From the NCBI RefSeq assembly GCF_009914755.1, contig NC_060933.1: 64,000 bases of DNA, one strand, 5' to 3'. Positions 26,801 to 42,195 of this stretch are shown here, one piece after another. Position numbers and translations under genes: made by a program. Within the stretch, counting starts at the first letter, position 1; each line of letters starts with the position of its first letter. The notes below the pieces were generated by a model. That model did not search any database, had not been told where the DNA came from, and saw only the letters and a program-made list of their open reading frames with translations. Origin of the DNA: the human T2T-CHM13v2.0 reference genome, Homo sapiens.

Positions 26801-29800
26801 ATGGAATGGAATGGAATGGAATGCAATGATACGGAATAGAATGGAATGGAACGAAATGGAATGGAATGGAATGGAATGGAATGGAATGGAATGGAATGGA
26901 ATGGAATGGAATGGAATCGTTCCGAGTGGAATAGGAGAGAATGTATTCGAGTGGAATGGAAAGGAATGGAATCAACCAGAGTGGAATGGAAGGGAATGGA
27001 ATGGAATGGAAACTAATAGAATGGAATCAACCCGAGAGGAATGGAATGGAAAGGACTGGAATGGAATGGAATGGAATGGAATCAACTCCATTGTAATGGA
27101 ATGGAATGGAATGGAATGGAATGGAATGGAATGGAATGGAATTAACCCGAATACAATGCAATGGAATGGAATGGAACGGAATGGAGTGGAATGAAACGGA
27201 ATCATCCCGAGTGCAGGGGAATGGAATGCAATGGAATGCAATGGAATGAAATCATCCGGAATGGAATGGAATGGAATGGAATGCAAAGCAATGGAATCAA
27301 CTCGATTGCAATGGAATGGAATGGAATGGAAAGGAATACATTGGAATCAACCCGAGTGGAATGGAAAGGAAAGGACTGGAATGGAGTGGAATGGAATGGA
27401 ATGGAATGGAATGGAATCAACTCGATTGGAATGGAATGGAATGGAATGGAATTAACCCGAATACAATGGAATGGAATGGAATGGAACGGAACGGAATGGA
27501 ATGGAATGGAATGGAATGGAATGGAATGGAATGGAAACAACCCGACTGCCGGGGAATGGAATGGAATGGAATGCAATGGAATGGATTCAACTTGAATGGA
27601 ATGGAAAGAATGGAATCAACAGCAGTGGAATGGCATGGATTGGAATGGAATGGAATGGAATCAACCCGAGTACAGGGGAATGGAATGGAATGGAATGCAA
27701 TGGAATGGAATCATCCGTAATGGAATGGAAAGGAATGGAATGGAATGGAATGGAATGGAATGGAATGGAATGGAATCAACTCGATTGCAATCGAATGGAA
27801 TGGAATGGAATTAACCCAAACAGAATGGAATGGAATGGAATGGAACGGAACGGAACGGAATGGAATGGATTGCAATGGAATGGAATGGAATGGAACGGAA
27901 AGGAATGGAATGGAATGGAATGGAATGGAATGGAATGGAATCAACGCGAGTGGAGGGGAATGGAATGGAATGGAATGCAATGGAATGGAATCTTCCGGAA
28001 TGGAATGGAATGGAATGGAATGGAATGGAATGGAATGGAATAAACCCGAGTGCAATGGAATGGAGTGGAATGGAATGGAATGGAATGGAACAACCCGAAT
28101 GGAATGGAATCTAATGGAGAGTAAGGGAGTTGAATAGAATCAATCCGAATGTTATGGAATGGAATGGAACGGAATGGAATTGAATGGAATGGAATGGAAT
28201 GCAATGGAATGGAATCAACCCGAGTTCAATGGAATGGAGAGGAATGGAATGGAATGGAATGGAAACTACCCGAATGGAATGGAATGGAATGGAGTGTAAG
28301 GGAATTGAATAGAATCAATCCGAATGTAATGGAATGGAATGGAACGGAATGGAATGGAATGGAATGGAATGGAATGCAATGGAATGGAATGCAATGGAAT
28401 GGATTCAACTTGAATGGAATGGAAAGAATGGAATCAACACGAGTGGAATGGCATGGATTGGAATGGAATGGAATGGAATCAACCCGAGTACAGGGGAATG
28501 GAATGGAACGGAATGCAATGGAATGGAATCATCCGTAATGGAATGGAAAGGAATGGAATGGAATGGAATGGAATGGAATGGAATGGAATGGAATGGAATG
28601 GAATGGAATGGAATCAACTCGATTGCAATCGAATGGAATGGAATGGAATTAACCCGAATAGAATGGAATGGAATGGAATGGAACGGAACGGAATGGAATG
28701 GAATGGAATGGAACGGAAAGGAAGGGATTGGAAGGGAATAGAATGGAATGGAATGGAATCAACGCGAGTGCAGGGGAATGGAATGGAATGGAATGCAATG
28801 GAATGGAATCTTCCGGAATGGAATGGAATGGAATGGAATGGAATGGAATGGAATGGAATCAACCCGAGTGCAATGGAATAGAGTGGAATGGAATGGAATG
28901 GAATGGAACACCCGAATGGAATGGAATGTAATGGAGAGTAAGGGAGTTGAAAAGAATCATTCCGAATGTAATGGAATGGAATGGAACGGAATGGAATGGA
29001 ATGGAATGGAATCAACCCGAGTGCAATGGAATGGAGAGGAATGGAATGGAATGGAATGGAAACTACCCGAATGGAATGGAATGGAATGGAGTGTAAGGGA
29101 ATTGAATAGAATCAATCCGAATGGAATGGAAAGAAATGGAACGGAATGTAATGTAATGGAATGGAATGGAATCAACCCGAGTGCAGGGGAATGGAATGGA
29201 ATGGAATGCAATGGAATGGAATCATCCGGAATGGAATGGAATGCAATGCAATGGAATGGAATGGAATGGAATCAACCCGATTGCAATGGAATGGAGTGAA
29301 ATGGAATGGAATGGAATGGAGACAACCAGAATGGATTGGAATATAATGGAGTGTAAGGGAATTGAATAGAATCAATCTGAATGTAATGAAATGGAATGGA
29401 ACGGAATGGAATGGAATGGAATGCAATGGAATGGAATCAACCCGAGTGCAATCGAATGGAATCGAATGGAATGGAATGCAATGGAATGGATTCAACTTGA
29501 ATGGAATGGAAAGAATGGAATCAACACGAGTGGAATGGCATGGATTGGAATGGAATGGAATGGAATGAACCCGAGTATAGGGGAATGGAATGGTATGGAA
29601 TGCAATGGAATGGAATCATCCGTAATGGAATGGAAAGGAATGGAATGGAATGGAATGGAATGGAATGGAATGGAATCAACTCGATTGCAATCGAATGGAA
29701 TGGAATGGAATTAACCCGAATAGAATGGAATGGAATGGAATGGAACGGAACGGAATGGAATGGAATGGAATGGAATGGAATGGAACGGAAAGGAAGGGAA

Positions 29801-32660
29801 TGGAATGGAATAGAATGGAATGGAATGGAATCAACGCGAGTGGAGGGGAATGGAATGGAATGGAATGCAATGGAATGGAATCTTCCGGAATGGAATGGAA
29901 TGGAATGGAATGGAATGGAATGGAATCAACCCGAGTGCAATGGAATGGAGTGGAATGGAATGGAATGGAATGGAACAACCCGAATGGAATGGAATGTAAT
30001 GGAGAGTAAGGGAGTTGAATAGAATCAATCCGAATGAAATGTAATGGAATGGAACGGAATGGAATTGAATGGAATGGAATGGAATGCAATGGAATGGAAT
30101 CAACCCGAGTGCAATGGAATGGAGAGGAATGGAATGGAATGGAATGGAAACTACCCAAATGGAATGGAATGTAATGGAGTGTAAGGGAATTGAATAGAAT
30201 CAATCCGAATGTAATGGAAGGGAATGGAACGGAATGGAATGGAATGGAATGGAATGGAATGGAATACAATGGAATGGAATCAAACCGAGTGCAATCGAAT
30301 GGAATCGAATGGAATGGAATGCAATGGAATGGATTCAACTTGAATGGAATGGAAAGAATGGAATCAACACGAGTGGAATGGCATGGATTGGAATGGAATG
30401 GAATGGAATCAACCCGAATACAGGGGAATGGAATGGAATGGAATGCAATGGAATGGAATCATCCGTAATGGAATGGAAAGGAATGGAAAAGAATGGAATG
30501 GAATGGAATGGAATGGAATGGAATCAAATCGATTGCAATCGAATGGAATGGAATGGAATTAACCCGAATAGAATTGAATGGAATGGAATGGAACGGAACG
30601 GAATGGAATGGAATGGAATGGAATGGAATGGAACGGAACGGAACGGAATGGAATGGAATGGAATGGAATGGAATGGAATCAACGCGAGTGCAGGGGAATG
30701 GAATGGAATGGAATGCAATGGAATGGAATCTTCCGGAATGGAATGGAATGGAATGGAATGGAATGAAATGCAATGGAATCAACTCGATTGGAATGGAATG
30801 GAATGGAATGGAATGGAATGGAATGGAATGGAATGGAATGGAATGGAATTAACCCGAATAGAATGGAAAGGAATGGAATGGAACGGAATGGAACGGAACG
30901 GAATGGAATGGAATGGAATGGAATGGAATGGAATGGAATGGAATGGAATCAACCCGACTGCAGGGGAATGGAATGGAATGGAATGCAATGGAATGGATTC
31001 AACTTGAATGGAATGGAAAGAATGAAATCAACACGAGCGGAATGGCATGGAGTGGAATGGAATGGAATGGAATGGAATGGAATCGTTCCGAGTGGAATAG
31101 GAGGGAATGTATTCGAGTGGAATGGAAAGGAATGGAATCAACCAGAGTGGAATGGAAGGGAATGGAATGGAATGGAAACTAATAGAATGGAATCAACCCG
31201 AGTGGAATGGAATGGAAATGACAGGAATGGAATGGAATGGAATGGAATGGAATGGAATCAACTCGATTGTAATGGAATGGAATGGAATGGAATGGAATTA
31301 ACCCGAATACAATGGAATGGAATGGAATGGAACGGAATGGAGTGGAAAGGAATGGAATCAACCCGAGTGCAGGGGAATGGAATGGAATGGAATGCAATGG
31401 AATGAAATCATCCGGAATGGAATGGAATGGAATGGAATGCAAAGCAATGGAATCAACTCGATTGCAATAGAATGGAATGGAATGGAAAGGAATACATTGG
31501 AATCAACCCGAGTGGAATGGAGTGGAAAGGACTGGAATGGAGTGGAATGGAATGGAACGGAACGGAACGGAAGGGAACGGAATGGAATGGAATGGAATGG
31601 AATGGAATGGAATGGAATGGAATCAACTTGAATGGAATGGAAAGAATGGAATCAACACGAGTGGAATGGCATGGATTGGAATGTAATGGAATGGAATCAA
31701 CCCGAGTACAGGGGAATGGAATGGAATGGAATGCAATGGAATGGAATCATCCGTAATGGAATGGAAAGGAATGGAATGGAATGGAATGGAATGGAATGGA
31801 ATGGAATGGAATCAACTCGATTGCAATCGAATGGAATGGAATGGAATTAACCCGAATAGAATGGAATGGAATGGAATGGAACGGAACGGAACGGAACGGA
31901 ATGGAACAGAACGGAATGGAATGGAATGGAATGGAATGGAATGGAATGGAAAGGAAAGGAATGGAATGGAATGGAATGGAATGGAATGGAATGGAATGGA
32001 ATCAACCCGAGTGCAGGGGAATGGAATGGAATGTAATGCAATGGAATGGAATCTTCCGGAATGGAATGGAATGGAATGGAATGGAACGGAATGGAATGGA
32101 ATGGAATAAACCCGAGTGCAATGGAATGGAGTGGAATGGAATGGAACAACCCGAATGGAATGGAATGTAATGGAGAGTAAGGGAGTTGAATAGAGTCAAT
32201 CCGAATGTAATGGAATGGAATGGAACGGAATGGAATTGAAAGGAATGGAATGGAATGCAATGGAATGGAATCAACCCGAGTGCAATGGAATGGAGAGGAA
32301 TGGAATGGAATGGAATGGAAACTACCCGAATGGAATGGAATGTAATGGAGTGTAAGGGAATTGAATAGAATGAATCCGAAGGTAATGGAATGGAATGGAA
32401 CGTAATGGAATGGAATGGAATTGAATGGAATGGAATGGAATGGAATGCAATGGAATGGAATCAACCCGAGTGAAATCGAAGGGAATCGAATGGAATGGAA
32501 TACAATGGAATGGATTCAACTTGAATGGAATGGAAAGAATGGAATCAACACGAGTGGAAGGGCATGGATTGGAATGCAATGGAATGGAATCAACCCGAGT
32601 ACAGGGGAATGGAATGGAATGGAATGCAATGGAATGGAATCATCCGTAATGGAATGGAAA
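23840..32660 (+). repeat. Super-repeat copy A, segment 2 (~8.8 kb; matches ~46715-55590, offset 22833-22928)
   Basis: Colinear near-identical ORF pairs: 24221/47079, 24819/47672, 25779/48627, 27161/49999, 28149/50997, 28668/51501, 30190/53038, 31107/53940 and 32322/55250. Shared rare variants include GAATGAGATGG, GACTGCCGGGG, GAATGTTATGG, GGAACACCCG and CACGAGCGG. Confidence 0.92.
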
Positions 32661-33200
32661 GGAATGGAATGGAATGGAATGGAATGGAATGGAATGGAAT
32701 CAAATCGATTGCAATCGAATGGAATGGAATGGAATTAACCCGAATAGAATGGAATGGAATGGAATGGAACGGAACGGAATGGAATGGAATGGAATGGAAT
32801 GGAATGGAACGGAACGGAATGGAATGGAATGGAATGGAATGGAATGGAATGGAATCAACGCGAGTGCAGGGGAATGGAATGGAATGGAATGCAATGGAAT
32901 GGAATCTTCCGGAATGGAATGGAATGGAATGGAATGGAATGAAATGCAATGGAATCAACTCGATTGGAATGGAATGGAATGGAATGGAATGGAATGGAAT
33001 GGAATGGAATGGAATTAACCCGAATAGAATGGAAAGGAATGGAATGGAACGGAACGGAACGGAACGGAATGGAATGGAATGGAATGGAATGGAATGGAAT
33101 GGAATCAACCCGACTGCAGGGGAATGGAATGGAATGGAATGCAATGGAATGGATTCAACTTGAATGGAATGGAAAGAATGAAATCAACACGAGTGGAATG
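30330..33200 (+). repeat. Internal duplication at 2176 bp offset (~30.4-31.05 kb vs ~32.6-33.2 kb)
   Basis: CAAATCGATTGC (30525/32701), GAAATGCAATGGAATCAACTCGATTGG and AAAGAATGAAATCAACACG are shared. ORFs 30524/32700, 30578/32754 and 30773/32949 are all offset 2176. Confidence 0.85.
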
Positions 33201-33899
33201 GCATGGTTTGGAATGGAATGGAATGGAATGAACCCGAGTACAGGGGAATGGAATGGAATGGAGTGCAATGGAATGGAATCATCCGTAATGGAATGGAAAG
33301 GAATGGAAAGGAATGGAATGGAATGGAATGGAATGGAATGGAATGGAATGGAATGGAATCAACTCGATTGCAATCGAACGGAATGGACTGGAATTAACCC
33401 GAATGGAATGGAATGGAATGGAATGGAAGGGAATGGAACGGAACGGAATGGAATGGAATGGAATGGAATGGAATGGAATGGAACGGAAAGGAATGGAATG
33501 GAATGGAATGGAATGGAATGGAATGGAATGGAATCAAGGCGAGTGCAGGGGAATGGAATGGAATGGAATGCAATGGAATGGAATCTTCCGGAATGGAATG
33601 GAATGGAATGGAATGGAATGGAATGGAATGGAATGGAATAAACCCGAGTGCAATGGAATGGAGTGGAATGGAATGGAATGGAATGGAACAACCCGAATGG
33701 AATGGAATGTAATGGAGACTAAGGGAGTTGAATAGAATCAATCCGAATGTAATGGAATGGAATGGAACGGAATGGAATTGAATGGAATGGAATTGAATGC
33801 AATGGAATGGAATCAACCTGAGTGCAATGGAATGGAGAGGAATGGAATGGAATGCAATGAAAACTACCCGAATGGAATGGAATGTAATGGAGTGTAAGG

Positions 33900-36800
33900 G
33901 AATTGAATAGAATCAATCCGAATGTAATGGAATGGAATGGAACGGAATGCAATGCCATGGAATCAACCCGAGTGCAATCGAATGGAATCGAATGGAATGG
34001 AATGCAATGGAATGGATTCAACTTGAATGGAATGGAAAGAATGGAATCAACACGAGTGGAATGGCATGGATTGGAATGGAATGGAATAGAATCAACCCGA
34101 GTACAGGGGAATGGAATGGAATGGAATGAAAGGGAATGGAATCACCCGTAATGTAATGGAAAGGAATGGAATGGAATGGAATGGAATGGAATGGAATGGA
34201 ATGGAATGGAATCAACTCGATTGCAATTGAATGGAATGGAATGGAATTAACCAGAATAGAATGGAATGGAATGGAATGGAATGGAACGGAACGGAATGGA
34301 ATGGAATGGAATGGAAAGGAACGGATCGGAATGGAATGGAATGGAATGGAATGGAATGGAATGGAATCAACGCGAGTGCAGGGGAATGGAATGGAATGGA
34401 ATGCAATGGAATGGAAACTTCCGGAATGGAATGGATTGGAATGGAATAGAATGGAATGGAATGGAATGGAATGGAATCAACCCGAGTACAGGGGAATGGA
34501 ATGGAATGTAATGCAATGGAATGGAATCATCCGTAATGGAATGGAAAGGAATGGAATGGAATGGAATGGAATCAACTCGATTGCAATCGAATGGAATGGA
34601 ATAGAATGGAACGGAAAGGAATGGAATGGAATGGAATGGAATGGAATGGAATGGAATGGAATGGAATGGAATCAACGCGAGTGCAGGGGAATGGAAAGGA
34701 ATGGAATGCAATGGAATGGAATCTTCCGGAATGGAATGGAATGGAATGGAATGGAATTGAATAAACCCGAGTGCAATGGAATGGAGTGGAATGGAATGGA
34801 ATGGAATGGAATGAAATGGAATGGAATGTAATGAAGAGTAAGGGAGTTGAATAGAATCAATCCAAATGTAATGGAATGGATTGGAACGGAATGGAATTGA
34901 ATGGAATGGAATGGAATGCAATGGAATGGAATCAACCCGAGTGCAATGGAATGGAGAGGAATGGAATGGAATGGAATGGAAACTACCCGAATGGAATGGA
35001 ATGTAATGGAGTGTAAGGGAATTGAATAGAATCAATCCGAATGTAATGGAATGGAATGGAACGGAATGGAATGGAATGAAATGGAATGGAAAGGAAAGGA
35101 ATGGAATGCAATGGAATGGAATCAACCCGAGTGCAATCGAATGGAATCGAATGGAATGGAATGCAATGGAATGGATTCAACTTGAATGGAATGGAAAGAA
35201 TGGAATCAACACGAGTGGAAGGGCATGGATTGGAATGAAATGGAATGGAATCAACCCGAGTACAGGGGAATGGAATGGAATGGAATGCAATGAAATGGAA
35301 TCATCCGTAATGGAATGGAAAGGAATGGAATGGAATGGAATGGAATGGAATGGAATGGAATGGAATCAACACGATTGCAATCGAATGGAATGGAATGGAA
35401 TTAACCCGAATAGAAAGGAATGGAATGGAATGGAAAGAACGGAATGGAACGGAATGGAATGGAATGGAATGGAACGGAACAGAACGGAATGGAATGGAAT
35501 GGAATGCAATGGAATGGAATGGAATCAACGCGAGTGCAGGGGAATGGAATGGAATGGAATGCAATGGAATGGAATCTTCCGGAATGGAATGGAATGGAAT
35601 GGAATGGAATGGAATGAAATGCAATGGATTCAACTCGATTGTAATGGAATGGAATGGAATGGAATGGAATGGAATGGAATGGAATCAACCCGAGTGCAAT
35701 GGAATGGAGTGGAATGGAATGGAATGGAATGGAACAACCCGAATGGAATGGAATATAATGGAGAGTAAGGGAGTTTAATAGAATCAATCCGAATGTAATG
35801 GAATGGAATGCAACGGAATGGAATGGAATGGAATGGAATGGAATGCAATGGAATGGAATCAACCCGAGTACAATGGAATGGAATGGAATGGAATGGAATG
35901 GAATGGAATGGAATCATCCGGAATGGAATGGAATGGAATGGAATGGAATGGAATGGAATGGAATGGAATCAACTCGATTTCAATGGAATGGAATGGAATA
36001 GAATGGAATGGAATTAAGACGAAAGAATGGAATGGAATGGAATGGAATGGAAAAGAAAGGAATGTAATGGAATGGAATGGAATCAACCCAAGTGCAGGGG
36101 AATGGAATGCAATGGAATTCAATGGAATGGAATCATCCGGAATGGAATGGAATGGAATTTAATGGAATGGAATGGAATGGAATCAACCCGAGTGCAATGG
36201 AATGGAGAGGAATGGAATGGAATGGAATGGAAACTACACGAATGGAATGGAATGTAATGGAGTGTAAGGGAATTGAATAGAATGAATCCGAATGGAATGG
36301 AATGGAATGGAATGGAAAGGAATGGAATGGAATGGAATGGAATGGAATGGAATGCAATGCCATGGAATCAACCCGAGTGCAATCGAATTTAATCGAATGG
36401 AATGGAATGCAATGTAATGGATTCAACTTGAATGGAATGGAAAGAATGGAATCAACACGAGTGGAATGGCATGGATTGGAATGGAATGGAATGGAATCAA
36501 CTCGATTGCAATCGAATGGAATGGAATGGAATTAACCCGAATAGAATGGAATGGAATGGAATGGAATGGCACGGAACAGAATGGAATGGAATGGAATGGA
36601 ATGGAACGGATCGGAAGGGAATGGAATGGAATGGAATGGAATGGAATGGAATCAACGCGAGTACAGGGGAATGGAATGGAATGGAATGCAATGGAATGGA
36701 ATCTTCCGGAATGGAATGGAATGGAATGGAATAGAATGGAATGGAATGGAATGGAATGGAATCAACCCGAGTACAGGGGAATGGAATGGAATGTAATGCA

Positions 36801-36900
36801 GTGGAATGGAATCATCCGTAATGGAATGGAAAGGAATGGAATGGAATGGAATGGAATGGAATGGAATGGAATCAACTCGATTGCAACGGAATGGAATGGA
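33900..36900 (+). repeat. Diverged duplication at ~2.3-2.4 kb offset (33.9-34.6 kb vs 36.3-36.9 kb)
   Basis: AATGCCATGGAATCAAC (~33951/~36356), ACGGATCGGA (~34321/~36606) and TACAGGGG...TGTAATGCA are shared. ORFs 34212/36497 are offset 2285. Confidence 0.7.
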
Positions 36901-37424
36901 ATGGAATTAACCCGAATAGAATGGAATGGAATGGAACGGAACGTAACGGAACGGAATGGAATGGAATGGAATGGAACGGAACGGAACGGAACGGAATGGA
37001 ATGGAATGGAATGGAATGGAATCAACGCGAGTGCAGGGGAATGGAATGGAATGGAATGCAATGGAATGGAATCTTCCGGAATGGAATGGAATGGAATGGA
37101 ATAGAATGAAATGCAATGGATTCAACTCGATTGCAATGGAATGGAATAGAATGGAATGGAATGGAATTAACCCGAATAGAATGGAATGGAATGCAATGGA
37201 ACGGAATGGAACGGAATGGAATGGAATGGAATGGAAGGGAATGGTATGGAATGGAATGGAATGGTACGGAATAGAATGGAATGGAACGAATTGTAATGGA
37301 ATGGAATTCAATGGAATGGAATGGAATCAACGCGAGTGCAGGGGAATGTAATGGAACGGAATGCAATGGAATGGAATCATCCGGAACGGAATGGAATGGA
37401 ATGGAATGGAATGGAATGGAATGG

Positions 37425-40400
37425 AATCAACCCGAGTGCAATGGAATGGAGTGGAATGGAATGGAATGGAATGGAACATCCCGAATGGAATGGAATGTAA
37501 TGGAGAGTAAGGGAGTTGAATAGAATCAATCCGAATGTAATGGAATGGAATGCAACGGAATGGAGTGGAATGGAGTGGAATCAACCCGAGTGCAGGGGAA
37601 TTGAATGGAATGGAATGCAATGGAATGGAATCATCCGGAATGGAATGGAATGGAATGGAATGCAAAGCAATGGAATCAACTCGATTGCAATGGAATGGAA
37701 TGGAATGGAAAGGAATACATTGGAATCAACCCGAGTGGAATGGAATGGAAAGGACTGCAATGGAGTGGAATGGAATGGAATGGAATGCAAAGCAATGGAA
37801 TCAACTCGATTGCAATGGAATGGAATGGAATGGAAAGGAATACATTGGAATCAACCCGAGTGGAATGGAATGGAAAGGACTGGAATGGAGTGGAATGGAA
37901 TGGAATGGAATGGAATGGAATCAACTCGATTGGAATGGTATGGAATGGAATGGAATGGAATGGAATTAACCCGAATAGAATGGAATGGAATGGAATGGAA
38001 CGGAATGGAATGGAATGGAATGGAATGGAATGGAATGGAATGGAATGCAATGGAATGGAATCAACCCGAGTGCAATCGAATGGAATCGAATGGAATGGAA
38101 TGCAATGGAATGGATTCAACTTGAATGGAATGGAAAGAATGGAATGAACACGAGTGGAAAGGCATGGATTGGAATGCAATGGAATGGAATCAACCCGAGT
38201 ACAGGGGAATGGAATGGAATGGAATGCAATGGAATGGAATCATCCGTAATGGAATGGAAAGGAATGGAATGGAATAGAATGGAATGGAATGGAATAAACA
38301 CGATTGCAATAGAATGGAATGGAATGGAATTAACCCGAATAGAATGGAATGGAATGGAATGGAACGGAACGGAATGGAATGGAATGGAATGGAATGGAAT
38401 GGAACGGAATGGAATGGAATGGAATGGAATGGAATGGAATCAACGCGAGTGAAGGGGAATGGAATGTAATGGAAGGCAATGGAACGGAATCTTCCGGAAT
38501 GGAATGGAATGGAATGGAATGGAATCAACCCGAGTGCAATGGAATGGAGTGGAATGGAATGGAATGGAATGGAACAACCCGAATGGAATCGAATGTAATG
38601 GAGAGTAAGGGAGTTGAATAGAATCAATCCGAATGTAATGGAAAGGAATGGAACGGAATGGAATGGAATGGAATGGAATGCAATGGAATGGAATCAACCC
38701 GAGTGCAATGGAATGGAGAGGAGTGGAATGGAAAGGAATGGAATCAACCCGAGTGGAATGGCATGGAATGGAATGGAATGGAATGGAATGGAATGGAATG
38801 GAATGGAATGGTTCGGAATAGAATGGATTGGAACAAAATGGAATGGAATGGAATGGAATGGAATGGAATGGAATGGAATGGTTCGGAATAGAATGGATTG
38901 GAGCAAAATGGAATGGAATGGAATGGGATGGAATGGAATGGAATGGAATGGAATCAAGTCGATTGCAATGGAATAGAATGGAATGGAATGGAACGGATTG
39001 GAATGGAATGGAATGGAATGGAATGGAATTAAATGGAATGGAATGGAATCAACCCGAGTGCAGGGGAAAGGAATGGAATGGAATGCAATGGAATGGAATG
39101 GAATGGAATCAACTCGAGTGGAAAGGAATGGAATGGAATGGAAAGGAATGGAATGAAGTCAACTCGAGTGGAATGGAATGGAATGGTATGGATTGGAATG
39201 GATTGCAATGGAATGAAACGGAATGGAATGGAATGGAATCAATCATTCCGAGTGGAATGGAAGGGAATCTAATGGAGTGGAAAGAAGGGAATGGAGTCAA
39301 CCCGAGTGGAATGCAAGGCAATGGAATGGAATGGAAAGGAATGGAGTGGAATCAACTCGATTGCAATGGAATGGAATGGAATGGAATGGAATGGACTGGA
39401 ATGGAATTAACCGGAATAGAATGTAATGGAATGGAATGGAACGGAATGGAATGGAATGGAAGGGAATGGAATCAACACGAGTGCAGGGGAATGGAATGGA
39501 ATGGAATGCAATGGAATGGAATCATCCGGAATGGAATGGAATGGAATGGAATCAACTCCATTGCAATGGAATGGAATGGAATGGAATGGAATAGAATGGA
39601 AAGGAATTAACCCGAATAGAATGGAATGCAATAGAATGGAATGCAACGGAACCGAATGGAGTGGTATGGAATGGAATGAAATCAACCCGAGTGGAATGGA
39701 AGGGAATGGAATGGAATGGAAACCAATAGAATAGAATCAACCCGAGTGGAATGGAATGGAAAGGACTGGAATGGAAAGGAATGGAATGGAATGGAATGGA
39801 ATGGAATGGAATGGAATCAACGCGAGTGCAGGGGAATGGAATGGAATCGAATGGAATGGAATGCAATGGAATGGAATCAACCCGAGTGCAGGGGAATGGA
39901 ATGGAACGGAATGCAATGCAATGGAATCATCCGGAATGGAATGGAAAGGAATGGAATGGAATCCTCCCGAGTGTAATGGAATGGAGTGGAATGGAATGGA
40001 ATCGAATGGAACAACCCGAATGGAATGGAATGTAGTGGAGAGTAAGGGAGTTGAAAGGAATCAATCCGAATGTAATGGAATGGAATGGAACGGAATGGAA
40101 TGGAATGGAATGGAATGGAATGCAATGGAATGGAATCAACCCGAGTACAATGCAATGGAATGAAATGGAATGGAATGGAATGGAATGGAATGGAATGCAA
40201 TGGAATGGAATCTTCCGGAATGGAATGGAATGGAATGGAATGGAATGGAATGGAATGGAATGCAATGGATTCAACTCGATTGAAATGGAATGGAATAGAA
40301 TGGAATGGAATGGAATGGAATGGAATGGCAAGGTACGGAATGGAATGGAATGGAAAGAATTGGAATGGAATGGAATCGAATGGAATGGAATGGAATGGAA

Positions 40401-42195
40401 TGGAATGGAATCAACCCGAGTGCAGGGGAATGTAATGGAACGGAATGCAATGGAATGAAATCATCCGGAATGGAATGGAATGGAATGGAATGGAATGGAA
40501 TTGAATGGAATCAACCCGAGTGCAATGGAATGGTGTGGAACGGAATGGAATGGAATGGAACAACCCGAATGGAATGGAATGTATTGGAGAGTAAGGGAGT
40601 TGAATAGAATCAATCCGAATGGAATGGAATGGAATGGAATGGAATGGAATGGAATGGAATGGAATGCAATGGAATGGAATCAACACGAGTACAATGGAAC
40701 GGAATGGAATGTAATGGAATGGAATGGAATGGAATGGAATGGAATCAACCCGAGTGCAATGGAATGGAGAGGAATGGAATGGAATGGAATGGAAACTACC
40801 CGAATGGAATGGAATGTAATGGAGTATAAGGGAATTGAATAGAATCAATCCGAATGGAATGGAATGGAATGGAACGCAATGTAATGGAATGGAATGGAAT
40901 GGAATCAACCCGAGTGCAGGGGAATGGAATGGAATGGAATGCAATGGAATGGAATCATCCGGAATGGAATGGAATGGAATGCAATGGAATGGAATGGAAT
41001 GGAATCAACCCGAGTGCAATGCAATGGAGTGAAATGGAATGGAATGGAATGGAAACAACCAGAATGGATTGGAATATAATGGAGTGTAAGGGAGTTGAAT
41101 AGAATCAATCCGAATGTAATGGAATGGAATGGAACGGAATGGAATGGAATGGAATGGAATGGAATGGAATGGAATGCAATGGAATGGAATCAACCCGAGT
41201 GCAATAGAATGGAATCGAATGGAATGGAATGCAATGGAATGGATTCAACTTGAATGGAATGGAAAGAATGGAATCAACACGAGTGGAAGGTCATGGATTG
41301 GAATGGAATGGAATGGAATCAACCCGAGTACAGGGGAATGGAATGGAATGGAATGCAATGGAATGGAATCATCCATAATGGAATGGAAAGGAATGGAATG
41401 GAATGGAATGGAATGGAATGGAATGGAATGGAATGGAATCAACACGATTGCAATGGAATGGAATGGAATGGAATTAACCCGAATAGAATGGAATGGAATG
41501 GAATGGAACAGAACGGAATGGAATGGAATGGAATGGAATGGAATGGAATGGAACGGAACGGAACGGAACGGAACGGAATGGAATGGAATGGAATGGAATG
41601 GAATGGAATGGAATCAACGCGAGTGCAGGGGAATGGAATGGAATGGAAAGCAATGGAATGGAATCTTCCGGAATGGAATGGAATGGAATGGAATGGAATG
41701 GAATGAAATGCAATGGATTCAACTCGATTGCAATGGAATGGAATAGAATGGAACGGAATGGAATCGAATGGAATTAACCCGAATAGAATGGAGTGGAATG
41801 GAATGGAACGGAATGGAACGGAATGGAATGGAATGGAATGGAATGGAATGGAATGCAATGGTACGGAATAGAATGGAATGGAACGAATTGTAATGGAATG
41901 GAATTGAATGGAATGGAATGGAATGGAATGGAATCAACGCGAGTGCAGGGGAATATAATGGAACGGAATGTAATGGAATGGAATCATCCGGAATGGAATG
42001 GAATGGAATGGAATGGAATGGAATCAACCCGAGTGCAATGGAATGGAGTGTAATGGAGTGGAATGGAATGGAACAACCCGAATGGAATGGAATGTAATGG
42101 AGATTAAGGGAGTTGAATAGAATCAATCCGAACGTAATGGAATAGAATGCAACGGAATGGAATGGAATGGAATGGAATGGAATGGAATGGAATCA
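37425..42195 (+). repeat. Super-repeat copy A, segment 3 (~4.8 kb; matches ~59155-64000, offset 21725-21805)
   Basis: ORF pairs 37516/59246, 38614/60339, 39426/61156, 40051/61781, 40835/62640 and 41793/63598. Shared rare variants include GAGTGAAGGGG, ATCCTCCCGAG, GGCAAGGTACGG, GGAAGGTCATGG and GAGATTAAGGG. Confidence 0.92.
37661..37910 (+). repeat. 125 bp tandem duplication (also present in copy B at 59391/59516)
   Basis: TGCAAAGCAATGG...GGAATACATTGG...AAAGGACTG starts at both 37661 and 37786. Confidence 0.85.
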
